From positions 1 through 37,583 of the forward strand of contig MCFE01000772.1 of assembly GCA_002104905.1 (NCBI GenBank): a DNA stretch of 37,583 nucleotides. The letters are read 5' to 3'. The position numbers were made by a program, and so were the translations under genes. Positions 11,246-23,138 of the stretch are shown one piece after another (within the stretch, counting starts at the first letter, position 1; every line of letters begins with the position of its first letter). The DNA is from Basidiobolus meristosporus CBS 931.73 (taxonomy: Eukaryota > Fungi > Basidiobolomycota). Below the pieces are notes generated by a model. It had not been told where the DNA came from, ran no database searches, and saw only the letters and a list, made by a program, of their open reading frames with translations.

Positions 11246-11594
11246 TGTTGTAAAAATTTGAGTTTCCACCAAAATATTCACCTAACTTAGTCACTTAGAT
11301 CATCACCTTCAAATCCTAGAGAATACTGACCAAATTCCTTGTTGGGATTTACTTAGAATATTTTCACCAAAATACCAGGTACCCAGAACATGAAAATTCT
11401 CAAAGTTGTCCAAACAGCCCCAAACTTTGCACACATGTTCTTGGGACCTTCCTTAACCTATTCTACGTGTTTGTAATGCCAAGACCAGGTAAAAGTATAA
11501 ATACTACTTTTACATTCAATAAATCATTAAGTGAAAACCACATAATCTACTTGTTCTCCAAATCACTTCCAATATCTCCAAGACTCTTACAACA
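11246..11594 (+). repeat. Copia A 5' LTR
   Basis: TGTTG...CAACA, 349 bp, followed immediately by the PBS. Confidence 0.97.
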
Positions 11595-11608
11595 GGTTAT
11601 GAGCCCTG
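11595..11608 (+). promoter_or_regulatory. Primer-binding site GGTTATGAGCCCTG (internal half of tRNAi-Met)
   Basis: Reverse complement of CAGGGCTCATAACC, the anticodon stem-loop of fungal initiator tRNA-Met. This is the half-tRNA priming type known from Ty5 and Drosophila copia. Confidence 0.88.
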
Positions 11609-14128
11609 AGCTGTCACTCTCTGCAATGTCTACTACTGCTACTACTGGGATTTTTCCCTCTGCTGGAAAGTTGGATGGATCTAACTACCAAGTGTGGAAG
11701 GTGAAGATGAAGATGCTGCTACAAGAAAGAGGCCTTTGGGATATTGTCATGGGAGAAGAATGCCCTCCTAAAAACATGGGAGAGGAAGCCTTAAAGTACC
11801 AGAAGAAAGAACAAGGTGCCTTTAACTGCATTTGCCTTAATGTCAAGGACAAATTGCTAATTCAATGCTCAAGAGCAAAAACGGCAAAGAATGCCTGAAG
11901 GCATTAGAGGACACCTACCATTCATGTTCAGCTGCCAAGAAAATGTATCTGAGATGAAAATTCTTTACTACAAAGATGCTGCCAGGAGAAGAAATGAAAA
12001 ATCTAATTAACAGAATTACCCTGCTGGTAGATGAGATGGAATCTGTGGGTGTACCAACTACTGGTGAGGATGTGATAGTTACCATCCTGAATAGCCTGAC
12101 AGACAAGTTTCAAGGCCTTGTATCAGCCCTAGAGTCCAGAATTGAAGATTTGATCTTAAATTACGTATATGGAGGGCTCCTAGATGAAGAATTAAGAAAA
12201 TCAAGCGCAAATCCAAAGGAAGAAGAAAATGCTTTAATAAGCAATGATAACCAACAAAGGAGGTACCCAAGACCCTACAAAGGCAACAGCAACCTGTTTT
12301 GTAACTACTGCAAAAGGAAAGGACACACATCAGACCAGTGTCTCAGAAAGAAAGATAATCAGCAAAAGAAGCCTGAATATGGAAATGCTGCAACAACTGA
12401 AGATAGACTATTCATATCTGCACTAAATATGACCACAAACAAGGATTCTCAGACGTGGTATATTGACTCTGGAGCTTCTCAACACTTTACACACCAAAAA
12501 GAACTTTTTACCCAATATCAAGAAATTCCAATTAAGAAAGTTTTCATGGGTGACAATAGAACACTTGATGCAGTGGGAGAAGGAACTATCCAAGTAAACC
12601 TTAGAAGCAGTGAAGGAAGCCATACACTGACCTTTAAAGAAGTACTCTATGTACCAGAAATAGCCAAGAACCTACTATCTGTAAGCAAGGCCACAGCAGA
12701 AGGACTCAGTTTCAGTTTTGACAATTCTGGATGCAGGATCACTGATCAAAATGGTGCACATATTGCTTCAGGCATCAGAGATCAGAATCTATACAAGTTG
12801 ACTTATATTCCATCATATCTGGAAGCCAATATAAGTAACTTAAATGAAGAAACACCAATGCTTTGGCACAGGAGATTTGGACACATCAATTTTGATTATT
12901 TGCATAAAATGATCAAAGATCAGCTAATTTCTGGAGTGAAAATTGATCCCCCAGCTAATTTGGAGCACTGTGAAACCTGCATATATGGAAACAAGCCAGA
13001 CAACTGTTCAAGAGCTCTGGGTTAATCAAAATTAAGGAAAAATTAGATCTAATTCACTCAGATCTGTGTGGACCTATGCAAAATTTATCCTAAGGTGGGA
13101 TGAAGTATTTGATCACTTTTATTGATGATTATACAAGATACACATGGGTCTACTTCATGGAGAGGAAAGAAGAAGCTCTGTCTAAGTTCTGGGAGTTTAA
13201 AGCCATGGTGGAGAGAGAAACTGGTCAAAAAATCTAGAACATACACTCTGACAATGGTGGAGAATATACTTCAAAACTCTTCATCCACTTCTGCAAAATT
13301 CACGGGATAAAGCAAGAAACTACTGTACCATACTCCCCACAGCAAAATGGAGTAGCAGAACAAGCTAACAGATCAATAATTGATATGGCAAGATCTATGA
13401 TCCATGATCAAAAATTATCCTATGATTTTTGGGCGGAATCAGTTGCCACTGCTGTATATCTTAAAAATAGGAGTTATAGCAGAATACTTTGTGATTCTAC
13501 TCCATTTGAAGCATGGTATGGATACAAACCAAGTGCAGAACATCTAAGAATATTTGGGTGTACAGCATATGCCAAAAAACTGGCCGGAAATCAGTCAAAA
13601 TTTGAGCCAAAAAGTGTAAAATACATATTTTTGGGCTACTGCAATGAGAGTAAGACATACAGACTCTACAATACCAAAGCAAAGAAGCTGATCAAGTCCA
13701 GGGATGTGTTGTTTGATGAAAATTCAAAATTTTCACAAAAAATGACATCAGATGATGACAAAAATCTGATCACAAGTCCACCAATTGTCAGGATTGAATC
13801 AGAGCAAAACAATTAAATTTTTCAATCCAGAGGACTCTACAACCGTGGATCAGCCAGAATCAGTGCCCAGGTATATCCCCAAAGTGATCATTCCAGTATC
13901 AAATGCCCAGAGATCCAATTGGACAAGAAATAGCCCAAATTACTATATTAATGTGGGTACAAACTTAGCCTATGCCTATTCAGTCCATATTGATAAGCCC
14001 CAGACTGTAAAAGAGGCCCTAAATAGCCCTCTTACAAGGTTTTGGAGATCTGCAATGACTGAGGAATATAAGGCCCTGACAGAAAATCAAACTTGGGACT
14101 TAGTCATATTACCAATCAACCAAAAATC

Positions 14129-15160
14129 AATTGCTCCTTTACAGTAAAGAAAGGTGTATCCTGTGGTGGATCTTCTGTCTTCCAAATTTTGTCCCCAATC
14201 AGCATCAGAGTATCCCACAAGATCCTGTTCTGAATCCTTATAAGTGTATCTTAAGCAAATATCAGCAGTTCCTTTTAGGTATCTAAAAATCCGCTAAACT
14301 GCTGCAATATGATCAGATCCATAGTTCTGATTATGTTGGCTGACAACTCCCACTGAATATGAGATATCTGGACATGTTCCAAGCATAGTATACATCAGAC
14401 TGCTGAACATAGATTGATAAGGAAAGTCAGGGCTTTCAGATGGCACCATGCTCTCTTGATTTGGTTGAGTTTTGACCAAGTTAAGGTTTGTCTCCATTGG
14501 GGTAACTGCCGGTTTACAGTCTTCCATTTTGTACTTCTTTAGTATATCTTGAATATACTTGGATTGGCTTAGGGTAATAGTCTGGGTACTTCTGTCTATG
14601 GAGAACTTAATCCCTAAGTAGTAACTAAGTCCTCCTAGATTGGACATCTTGAACTCCTTAGATAGGCTGGATTTAGTCTCTTCCAATGTTGCTAGATTAT
14701 TGGCAGCTATAATAAGATCATCCACATATAGAGCTAATAGAACTGGATTTGCTCTATCTGGCTTATAATATATACTATAGTCAGCATTACTCCTTTTGAA
14801 ACTCAAAGATTCCAAATAAGAATCTATCTTGCAATTCCAGGCTATTGGTGATTGTTTGAGACCATATAGTGACTTTTTAAGCTTGCAGACCAAATGGGGG
14901 TTATCTTGGTCAACAAACCCATCAGGCTGCTGCATATACACATTCTCATCAAGCTCTCCATTCAAAAATGCAGTTTTTACATCCATTTGATGAATAAAAA
15001 ACTTATATTTGGCTGCAACAGCCAATATTAATCTGATGGAATTAAACTCGGCTATTGGTGCAAAGGTCTCAGTATAGTCAAGTCCTTATGTTTGAGAGTA
15101 TCCTTTGGCTACAAGCCTTGCTTTGTATCTTTCAGTTGTGCCATCAGCCTTGTATTTTGT
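14129..15160 (-). repeat. 1032-bp inverted duplication of copia A RT (partner 15341-16372)
   Basis: Minus-strand ORF 14294-15025 is nearly identical to plus-strand ORF 15476-16384; 16 mismatches in the 280 bp compared by hand. Confidence 0.97.
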
Positions 15161-15320
15161 GCCTATTCAGTCCATATTGATGAACCCCAGACTGTAAAAG
15201 AGGCCCTAAATAGCTCTCAGACAAGGTTTTGGAGATCTGCAATGACTGAGGAATATCAGGCCCTGATGGAAAATCAAACTTGGGACTTAGTCAAATTACC
15301 AATCAACCAAAAATCAATTG
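15160..15320 (+). repeat. 161-bp direct duplication of 13973-14133
   Basis: TGCCTATTCAGTCCATATTGAT...CAAAAATCAATTG occurs twice, with 9 mismatches. Confidence 0.95.
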
Positions 15321-16764
15321 GATGCAGATGGGTCTTCAAGACAAAATTCAAGGCTGATGGCACAACTGAAAGATACAAAGCAAGACTTGTAGCCAAAGGA
15401 TACTCTCAAGCAAAAGGACTTGACTATACTGAGACCTTTGCATCAGTAGCCAAGTTTAATTCCATCAGATAAATATTGGCTATTGCAGCCAAATATAAGT
15501 TTATTATTCATCAAATGGATGTAAAAACTGCATTTTTGAATGGAGAACTTGATGAGGACGTGTATATGGACCAGCCTGATGGGTTTGTTGACCAAGATAA
15601 CCCCCATTTGGTCTGCAAGTGTAAAAAGTCACTATATGGTCTCAAACAATCACCAAGAGCCCGGAATTGCAAGATAGATTCTTATTTGGAATCTTTGAGT
15701 TTCAAAAGGAGTAATGCTGACTATAGTATATACCATAAGCCAGATAGAGCAAATCCAGTTCTATTAGCTCTATATGTGGATGATCTTATTATAGCTGCCA
15801 ATAATCTAGCAACATTGGAAGAGACTAAATCCAGCCTATCTAAGGAGTTCAAGATGTCCAATCTAGGAGGACTTAGTTACTACTTAGGGATTAAGTTCTC
15901 CATAGACAGAAGTACCCAGACTATTACCCTAAGCCAATCCAAGTATATTCAAGATATACTAAAGAAGTACAAAATGGAAGACTGTAAACCGGCAGCTACC
16001 CCAATGGAGACAAACCTTAACTTGGTCAAAACTCAACCAAATCAAGAGAGCATGGTGCCATCTGAAAGCCCTGACTTTCCTTATCAATCTATGGCTGGCA
16101 GTCTGATGTATATCATGCTTGGAGCACATCCAGATATCTCATATTCAGTGGGAGTTGTCTGCCAACATAATCAGAACTATGGATCTGATCATATTGCAGC
16201 AGTTAAGCGGATTTTTAGATACCTAAAAGGAACTGCTGATATTTGCTTAAGATACACTTATAAGGACTCAGAACAAGATCTTGTGGGATACTCTGATACA
16301 GATTGGGGACAAAATTTAGAAGACAGAAGATCCACCACAGGATACACCTTTCTTTACTGTAAAGGAGCAATTTCATGGAATTAAAGAAAGCAACCAACCG
16401 TAGCACTTTCCACCACAGAGGCAGAGTATAAGGCAGCCTGTGAAGCTACAAAACAAGCAATGTGGTTAAGAAAGCTGTTTACAGATTTAGGCCTATGTCA
16501 AAAAACACCTATTACTTTATTTCAAGATACTCAAGGATGTATACAATTAGGTAGAAATCCAACTTTTCATGCTAGAACCAAGCACATAGATATTAAACAT
16601 CATTTCATACGTGAAGCTATAGAGAATAACTTAGTTAGCTTAGTTTACTGTCCTATAGATGAAATGATTGCAGACATGGTTACCAAACCATTAGCTAGAG
16701 ACAAGTTTGAATATATTAGGTCAAAATTAGGACTAGTCAGTATGAGCATTTAGCTGAGTGGGAG

Positions 16765-17113
16765 TGTTGTAAAAATTTGCATTTCCATCTAAATATTCAC
16801 ATAACTTAGTCACTTAGATCATTACCTTCAAATCCTAGAGAATACTGACCAAATTCCTTGTTGGGATTTACTTAGAATATTTTCACCAAAATACCAGGTA
16901 CCCAGAACATGAAAATTCTCAAAGTTGTCCAAACAGCCCCAAACTTTGCACACATGTTCTTGGGACCTTCCTTAACCTATTCTACGTGTTTGTAATGCCA
17001 AGACCAGGTAAAAGTATAAATACTACTTTTACATTCAATAAATCATTAAGTAAAAACCACATAATATACTTGTCCTCCCAGTCACTTCCAATATCTCCAA
17101 GACTCTTACAACA
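16765..17113 (+). repeat. Copia A 3' LTR (preceded by PPT GCTGAGTGGGAG)
   Basis: 349 bp, TGTTG...CAACA, ~97% identical to the 5' LTR. Confidence 0.97.
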
Positions 17114-17395
17114 AATACTTACCTAGCTTAGTTACTTTGATCATCATCTACTAGTCTTAGAGAATACTGGACAGATTCCAGGTACCCAGAACATGTAAAT
17201 TTGTAAGATTATTCAAACAGCCCCAAGCTTTGCACACATGTTCTTGGGACCTTCATAGGCATATTCTATGTGTTTATTTTGCCAAGACCAAGTAAAAGTA
17301 AAAATGCCACTTTTATTTTCAGTAAATTATACTGTGAAAACCCCATAATCTACTTGCTCACCAAATCACTCCCAATATCTCCAAGACTCTTCAAA
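17114..17395 (+). repeat. Older copia A LTR lacking its first ~28 bp, with an internal ~40-bp deletion
   Basis: Collinear, diverged homology (GCACACATGTTCTTGGGACCTTC; CCAATATCTCCAAGACTCTT) directly abutting the young 3' LTR. Confidence 0.88.
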
Positions 17396-18896
17396 ATGTA
17401 TCCAAGAGACCCTAAAGCTTGCGCACAATCCTCAAGATCCTGTTTAAAGCATTTGTATTCATATGCATACAAAGCTTGCAGGAAATTTCTGGAACTCTAT
17501 GGCACTATCTGGCACTATAATTTCTACCATAATGCCAATGGTAAGATATAGTTACTGGTAGTTTTACTCAATCTTACTTATGTTGCTCAGAATAGTGCTT
17601 TTCTTGCTGTATTTGCTCTTCATAATGCTCCATAAGCATTTCTCTAAGTGGATGTCATCTTGAATGAATATACTGTGCATTGATAAGTATCCTATCCTAT
17701 ATATGCAAAGTCTGCCATATAGTTCTCCCCTCTACTGAGCTCTGGACAATTCTCTACCCAGAGTTCCTTGTTATGCCTACTTTCAGCAAAGAGCCCACTC
17801 AACCAGATGATGTTACCCTCAATGTCAGACAGTGCTTGAAACTTCACACAGTGTGCCTTGTACTTGCCAGAATAAAAGTGCCTCTGCCCTTTAGAAGGTC
17901 TGTAATCCTGAATGGGAAGGTATCTAAAAGACTCCTTATATGGAACCTGTTGCTGAACACTCTTGGATATGGAAGTCTATTAGAGCTTCTGAACCTAGTA
18001 TTCCAAGCTTGCTCTAAGTCATTCATACTCTCTGCAAGGTGTTTCTTCATTGCTGTCAGCTGGGAGTGAAAGCTTCTAGGACTTTTGTTGACATGGATGG
18101 TGGGATAAAAGCTTGTAAGGCAATAGTTCTTGTAATAGCAGAAAAACTTAACAAGGGATCTCCTTGAGTAGATTGAGGTAGATGGTCCACAGTGTTTGGT
18201 ATAGATATCCTCTGGAGTGCAAAAAGGAAATCCAGTGGTAGTGATGGGATTGATGAGAAAAGTCCATTCAGATGAGTAAGTCATATTAAGATTGGTAGGT
18301 GATTGGGCTGAGGTGATTCAAATTGCTTTGGCACAATCAGCTTTATTCATCTAATTTTCCATGCATTATGATTAAATCTCCATCAATTACCATGTATCCC
18401 ATCATTATGTTGCAAAAATTATCCTCAAACAATGACTTGGTATTTTGATTGACGCTTTACTCACAAGTCTATAATCAAACTGGATATCTGCAATTGATGG
18501 GATCCAAGATGTGTTAATGCAATCCAAGATGCATCATGCACAATATATGGATATCAACAATGAGCTGAGAGTAAGGGGATTTGATGAGGAAGCCATGCAG
18601 GAACAATTTTGCATGCAGTTTGCTCAGTACAGGCTGGATGGGTTTGTTTATACCTTGACTTTGGGAACCAAAGAGATTTTGAATGAGTTTTTGCCTTAAA
18701 TGACTAATAGACTTGTTCTGTTGGATAGTGCCATATAGTGCCAGTGATTGCCGCACTTCTTCCAGAGCTGTGCCCAAGAAAATGCAATTGATTATCTCAA
18801 GGATATATTGCAAAAATGAGGTCCTGGACCTTGCAGCTAAAATTGAAAACCAGGACACATGGAAACCTGGAGTGAGCAATGGCATAAGGCCCATTG

Positions 18897-19287
18897 TGGT
18901 GGTGTATAGGTCCAAGGGAGAGATACGTCCAACACTTCTCAAGTGTTTTGTGTGTGGGGTGTTCACTGGGTACAATAACCTCTGGCAAAATCTTGCTAGG
19001 AATACTTGGGTTCTGTCTCTAGTCTAATGTGAAGGGGAATAAAGCCACAAGCTTGTCAAGGGAAAACTATTGAGCTACAATCCCCAACTTAGTTGGCATC
19101 TTAACAAAAGTATGTGCTGGGTTCAGTGTCCTTTGAGATGACAATGTACTAAAGCTTCCAAAGTCAAAACAACTGTAAACTCCACCAGCAGGGACTTGAT
19201 AAGAATGCAGCTGTATTCAATAGTTACAAAGACAGAAAAGTATTGTTGCCTGTACAAGAACAAACTTGGGAAAGAATCAAATATAAT
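18897..19287 (-). mobile_element. Dispersed ~390-bp TE coding remnant (direct partner 23139-23530), family uncertain
   Basis: Long shared blocks (GTGAAGGGGAATAAAG; GGCATCTTAACAAAAGTATGTG; TACAAGAACAAACTTGGGAAAGAATCA). The minus frame is conserved in both copies (TKHLRSV...SPLDLYTTT). Confidence 0.6.
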
Positions 19288-19342
19288 AAAAGATACCTAC
19301 TCTGAGTATTCCTCAAAAGTAGTGCCTCCATGGTCAGTTGGC

Positions 19343-19707
19343 TGTCAGCGTGGTTTCCTGGGAGTGTCCTGTGGTCTAGGGTTGGAAGTTCAGGTAGCAG
19401 CAGGTAGCAGTGATCACACTAATCAACAAGTCAGTACATTGATAAAAGGGATGATGATTTATTGTTGAGGGATAGCCTCCCTTATATACTTTTCTTACTG
19501 GCTAAGTGATTACTAATCATGGTGTTCCAGAAGGTTCTGGATATCAAATAGAAGTCTTAATGACATCAGAATGACCAAGAATGTTCTAAGTAGGTGCCGG
19601 AAGGTTCTAAGACGCACAGCACATCCAACCAATCAGGAATCAGTATTCTGAAACCTGTGTAACTTAGGGATACCATATATGGTATGGAAATGGTAGGTAT
19701 GGTGACA
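19343..19707 (-). mobile_element. Putative solo LTR (family D, ~365 bp)
   Basis: TGTCAGC...GGTGACA termini, and TATA plus AATAAA on the - strand. A ~60-bp piece recurs at ~32260-32320. The TSD is poor (TTGGC/TGGGT). Confidence 0.5.
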
Positions 19708-20644
19708 TGGGTTGATCATGTGTCATGGGTACTGGTGCGGGTACTTGCCTAATATAGAAACGCTTATAGCTAGTAATCTACATAAAGTGAGGGGTAACTT
19801 ATGCAATAAGGTAAGCAGGTGTGATAGTCAACTGGCTTATGGGATAGTACTGATTGGGTAAGACAAATGGGATAAAACTAAAATAAATGTAGTAGAGATA
19901 TAGGGAAGTAGAAAATGAGGGAATGGGCACATCTGTCAGTGGGTGTCACTGTCACCCCACTACACCGTGAGTTGATACAAAAATTAGGGGTTAAGGGCAT
20001 ATTAGTACTGACCCCTACTGAATGGCGTATTTTATTGAAGTCACTTGCTGAATGCAATGTTGGGCTGATTGTTAGTATGGAATCTAAGGACATATATAGG
20101 TCTGCAATATCTGTAATTGAGTTGTTATTAGAGATTCTACAATAAGCTGATGTCTCTGTATAGGCTTGTATATGTTTTAACAATTGGCAACTGAATAACA
20201 CCTAAAGATTCAGTAGAAATAAACCAACTTGTATATATGATGATTGAGAGCACCATTTCTATCAGAGAGTATTGAGTGTGAAGAAGAAGCAGTTGTCCAT
20301 CTATGAACACAGACACCGGAGATGTTGGAGTGTCCAGGATCTCAAAGAGATAGATATGGCAGCAAATGAAGCAAAAGCAGCTCAGGGGTTGCTCCATTCA
20401 AAATATGATTAGATCTTTAGTAAGTTGTGACAATTAATTTGTTCCAACAGCTTTGACACAATGTCATAACTACAGCTATACTGCTTATTCATTGGATCAA
20501 AATTCTGTGACAGCCTTTAGAGAGAATTATTACAGTAACTTACCATGGGGATAGACTCAATCAGTTCATGAAAGCTTGGTACCATGTAAAGCCCCAGACT
20601 TCCTTTTTTAATTAATGGTTGGCAGTGTATTGTATTTATGCTGG

Positions 20645-20880
20645 TGTAATATCCAGATATCTTATATTTAGTGGGAGTTGTCAGCTAGTATAATCTGACT
20701 ATGGATCCAAGCATTTTACAGCAGTTAAGCAGACTTGAGGTAATTAAAAGAAACAGCTGATATAAACCTAAGGAAACCTATAAGGATTCAGGCAAATTCT
20801 CTTAGGATATTCTTATGCAGCTTACAGACTCAATATGAATCACAGAAGGTCCACCTCAAGTCACACCTTTCTCCACTGTT
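20645..20880 (+). mobile_element. Highly decayed copia A RT/RH remnant
   Basis: Homologous to ~16125-16360 (CCAGATATC...AGTGGGAGTTGTC...ACTATGGATC...GCAGTTAAGC...CACCTTTCT). Confidence 0.8.
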
Positions 20881-22629
20881 AAGTGTGGTTTACTACTGAC
20901 AATACCAAGCAGGTGGGAAAGCTTGTAGGTCAAATATATACCATCTGATTCAGAGTAGTTTTGAGTCAAAGGAAGCAAGGTAACAAAGACTTACATTTAG
21001 TATGTCAGAATGCATCTGCCTCAACTTGACTCAGATGGCTATATATATATATCTCAATATGGTGGGCTTAGATGATAGTCAATGTATTATAAAATAGGGG
21101 TGTGAGCACCTTCCTGTTATAGTAAGTGTTCCACATAGGTACAGATAGGAGTAGGAGGGAGGACATGTGAGGGAACCATAGGGAGGATACTGTGGACTTT
21201 GAGTAGGGATCTAGAGGAAGCTCTTGGGGGCATTCTTAGGCACAGAGTGAGCATCATTCTTAGTACACACATATCCTGGGGGTTAAGGGGAAGCTTTGTC
21301 CTTGAAGTTCCATGACTAACCTGCTTGTCCAGAGTCAATTTTGTTTACAGGACCTGGGGAGCTTCCATAGTACCATTGTTGGTTGTCACTTGAAAGAGGA
21401 TTGCCAGCATGAGTCTGATTCCATTTGGCAGCAGAGTAAGATCCAGCTTGGGTTGCTTAAGGGTTACTTTTTACAGAGCCAAAAAATTGGCAAACCATAG
21501 CGCACTGGGTGAGCTCCTTTGCAGGATTGCAGTGGAAGAAGTAATACAGTAACACAGTAAAGTCATGTTTCTTTATATTGCATACATTAAAGGGGCTTGT
21601 CCTTGTTGTACTCAGTTTGATGGTAGGGGCTCTTTGAAGAGGATATAAACTTGGTTGGTATTTGTCCATTTTCACTAGCAGGTTTTTGCTTCTTCAGGGA
21701 CATAACATAGTGCTACTTTAGAGATTGTGCCACAATCAAGGAATGTCATCACTGGCCCCATGGCTTTCACACAGTCCATGGCAGCTTCATCAGCTTTTTG
21801 GACCTGGTGTTTCCACTTGCTCCTAAGTTGCCCTCTGATGCACCACTGTAACAGCTATAATACAACAACTTGCTGAACCACCTAGTTCAAATGGCCAGTA
21901 TATTCAATCTGTTGGTGTATCTTCTTGGGGATGGTTTGTTTTCTAACATGCAGTTTTAAGTGCTTGTAGGCTTCTTGGTGAAGTCCTTTGACTGGGAGTT
22001 CAACTTCTGGTGCCCTTATTGCTTTTACCAGGTCTGCATATATCTCAATGGCTCTGGTACCTATCAATGGCAAGTATGCAACAAGGATGGGGGGCTGTTA
22101 AGGCCTTGAGAGGGCGTCACCATTGATACCTAGAATCTTCTATTGGACTGTATTTAGTTTGGACACTAAGATAAGTGTGGTGTCCTTCTCCTCAATGATC
22201 AAGGAGCTTCAAATCAGGTGGTGTACTGGTCTATTGGTTAGGATCTCCATACTTTGTATTGGCATGGGTAACTTGTCATGTCCCTCCCTGATTGTATCTT
22301 GTATTAACATGAATGCTTTGTTAGATATCTCTTTATATGAGATCTGTTGCATGATACACTTGTACCATGTCTCTCAGAGCTTGCAGGATGGTCATGCTTT
22401 CAATATCATCATTTATCTTGCTGGTGAGAGGAGTAAAACCAGTTTCAAGTGAACTGTTTCTTATTGAGCTTACCATACACTTTCATTTGTTCTCCATTTT
22501 GGGCAAACTTCCTGGCAAATAAAATTTACCTATATCAACAAAGATCTCTTCTACTAAGTGTTGTATATATCCTATGTCTTCTGCTATTCTGTCCTGATAT
22601 TGATTAATCACACTGCAGTATTGATGATG

Positions 22630-23110
22630 ATTGGAGGATCATCTGAGAATGGTTTGAGATGGGCTGGTGCTGCATTGCTGATTCTCTTATTGCCCAGGGT
22701 GATACTGTACTTTGTCAATGGTCTAAACTGATAACAGTACAATGGCCAATCCACTGGGGTGTAAGTTGTGAGCAAATCTTGAGGCCTGCAATAGTTTGTT
22801 CATACAATACCTTATTACCTGGTTTCCATGTTAGTCTTATTAGTTTCTTATTCTGAGGTAGTCTGGGGAGGTGCTTGTCAACATTTTGGAGTACTTTTAT
22901 ATATAGGTAGACAGTACAATGTATCAACCTCTCTATATAAATGTTTTGTTTTGTCAGGGGAACACCTTCTATTGCCAATTGAGCTTCATTACACCACTTG
23001 GGTCTTTGTCCATACAGGACCTCATAAGGGGAGAAGCCTGATGTTCTATTGGGTATGGCATTCATTGCTTGGAGTGTCAGTTGGAGCAGCTTGAGCCATG
23101 ACTGGGGAAG
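22630..23110 (-). pseudogene. Ty3/gypsy integrase C-terminal remnant
   Basis: SWLKLLQLTLQAMN..PNRTSGFSPYEVLYG...WKPGNKVL....LTPQWIG..TV matches the gypsy IN end (TG.SPFE.LYG; GPY/F motif). Confidence 0.75.
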
Positions 23111-23138
23111 TTCCCAATGAAGCTTCTCTAGTATGCAG

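Larger units (their letters stand above)
11626..16753 (+). pseudogene. Copia A gag-pol pseudogene
   Basis: Motifs: KLDGSNYQVW..KM..LL..RGLWDIV (gag), CNYCKRKGHTSDQC (CCHC), WYIDSGASQH (protease), LWHRRFGH, HSDLCGPM / SDNGGEY / QQNGVAE (integrase), YVDDL (RT), YSDTDW (RH). There are frameshifts near 11897 and ~13000 and stops at 11955, ~15470 and 16382. Confidence 0.95.
11246..17113 (+). mobile_element. Full-length Ty1/copia family A LTR retrotransposon, pseudogenised, with an internal inverted duplication
   Basis: Two 349-bp TG...CA LTRs with 11 mismatches (~97%), a PBS, gag-PR-IN-RT-RH domain order and a PPT. No TSD is visible (ACATA vs AATAC). Confidence 0.97.

Noticed and set aside
11467-11625. 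N-terminal extension of gag (and similar ORFs 3308-3625, 6281-6580, 17270-17551)
   Set aside because: These are translations of LTR A sequence, repeated because the LTR is repeated; the gag ATG is at 11626.
17497-18745. CACTA...TAGTG inverted words as TIRs of a 1.2-kb CACTA element
   Set aside because: The flanks are inverted rather than a direct TSD, and the words are explained by the shared YGTI coding motif in two antiparallel fragments.
21040-21052. (TA)n tract
   Set aside because: Only ~6 units; an ordinary microsatellite.
21100-22620. Short ORFs (21117-21338, 21882-22073, 22123-22452) as host genes
   Set aside because: They are CpG-depleted, stop-riddled and lack convincing motifs; probably TE debris I cannot classify.
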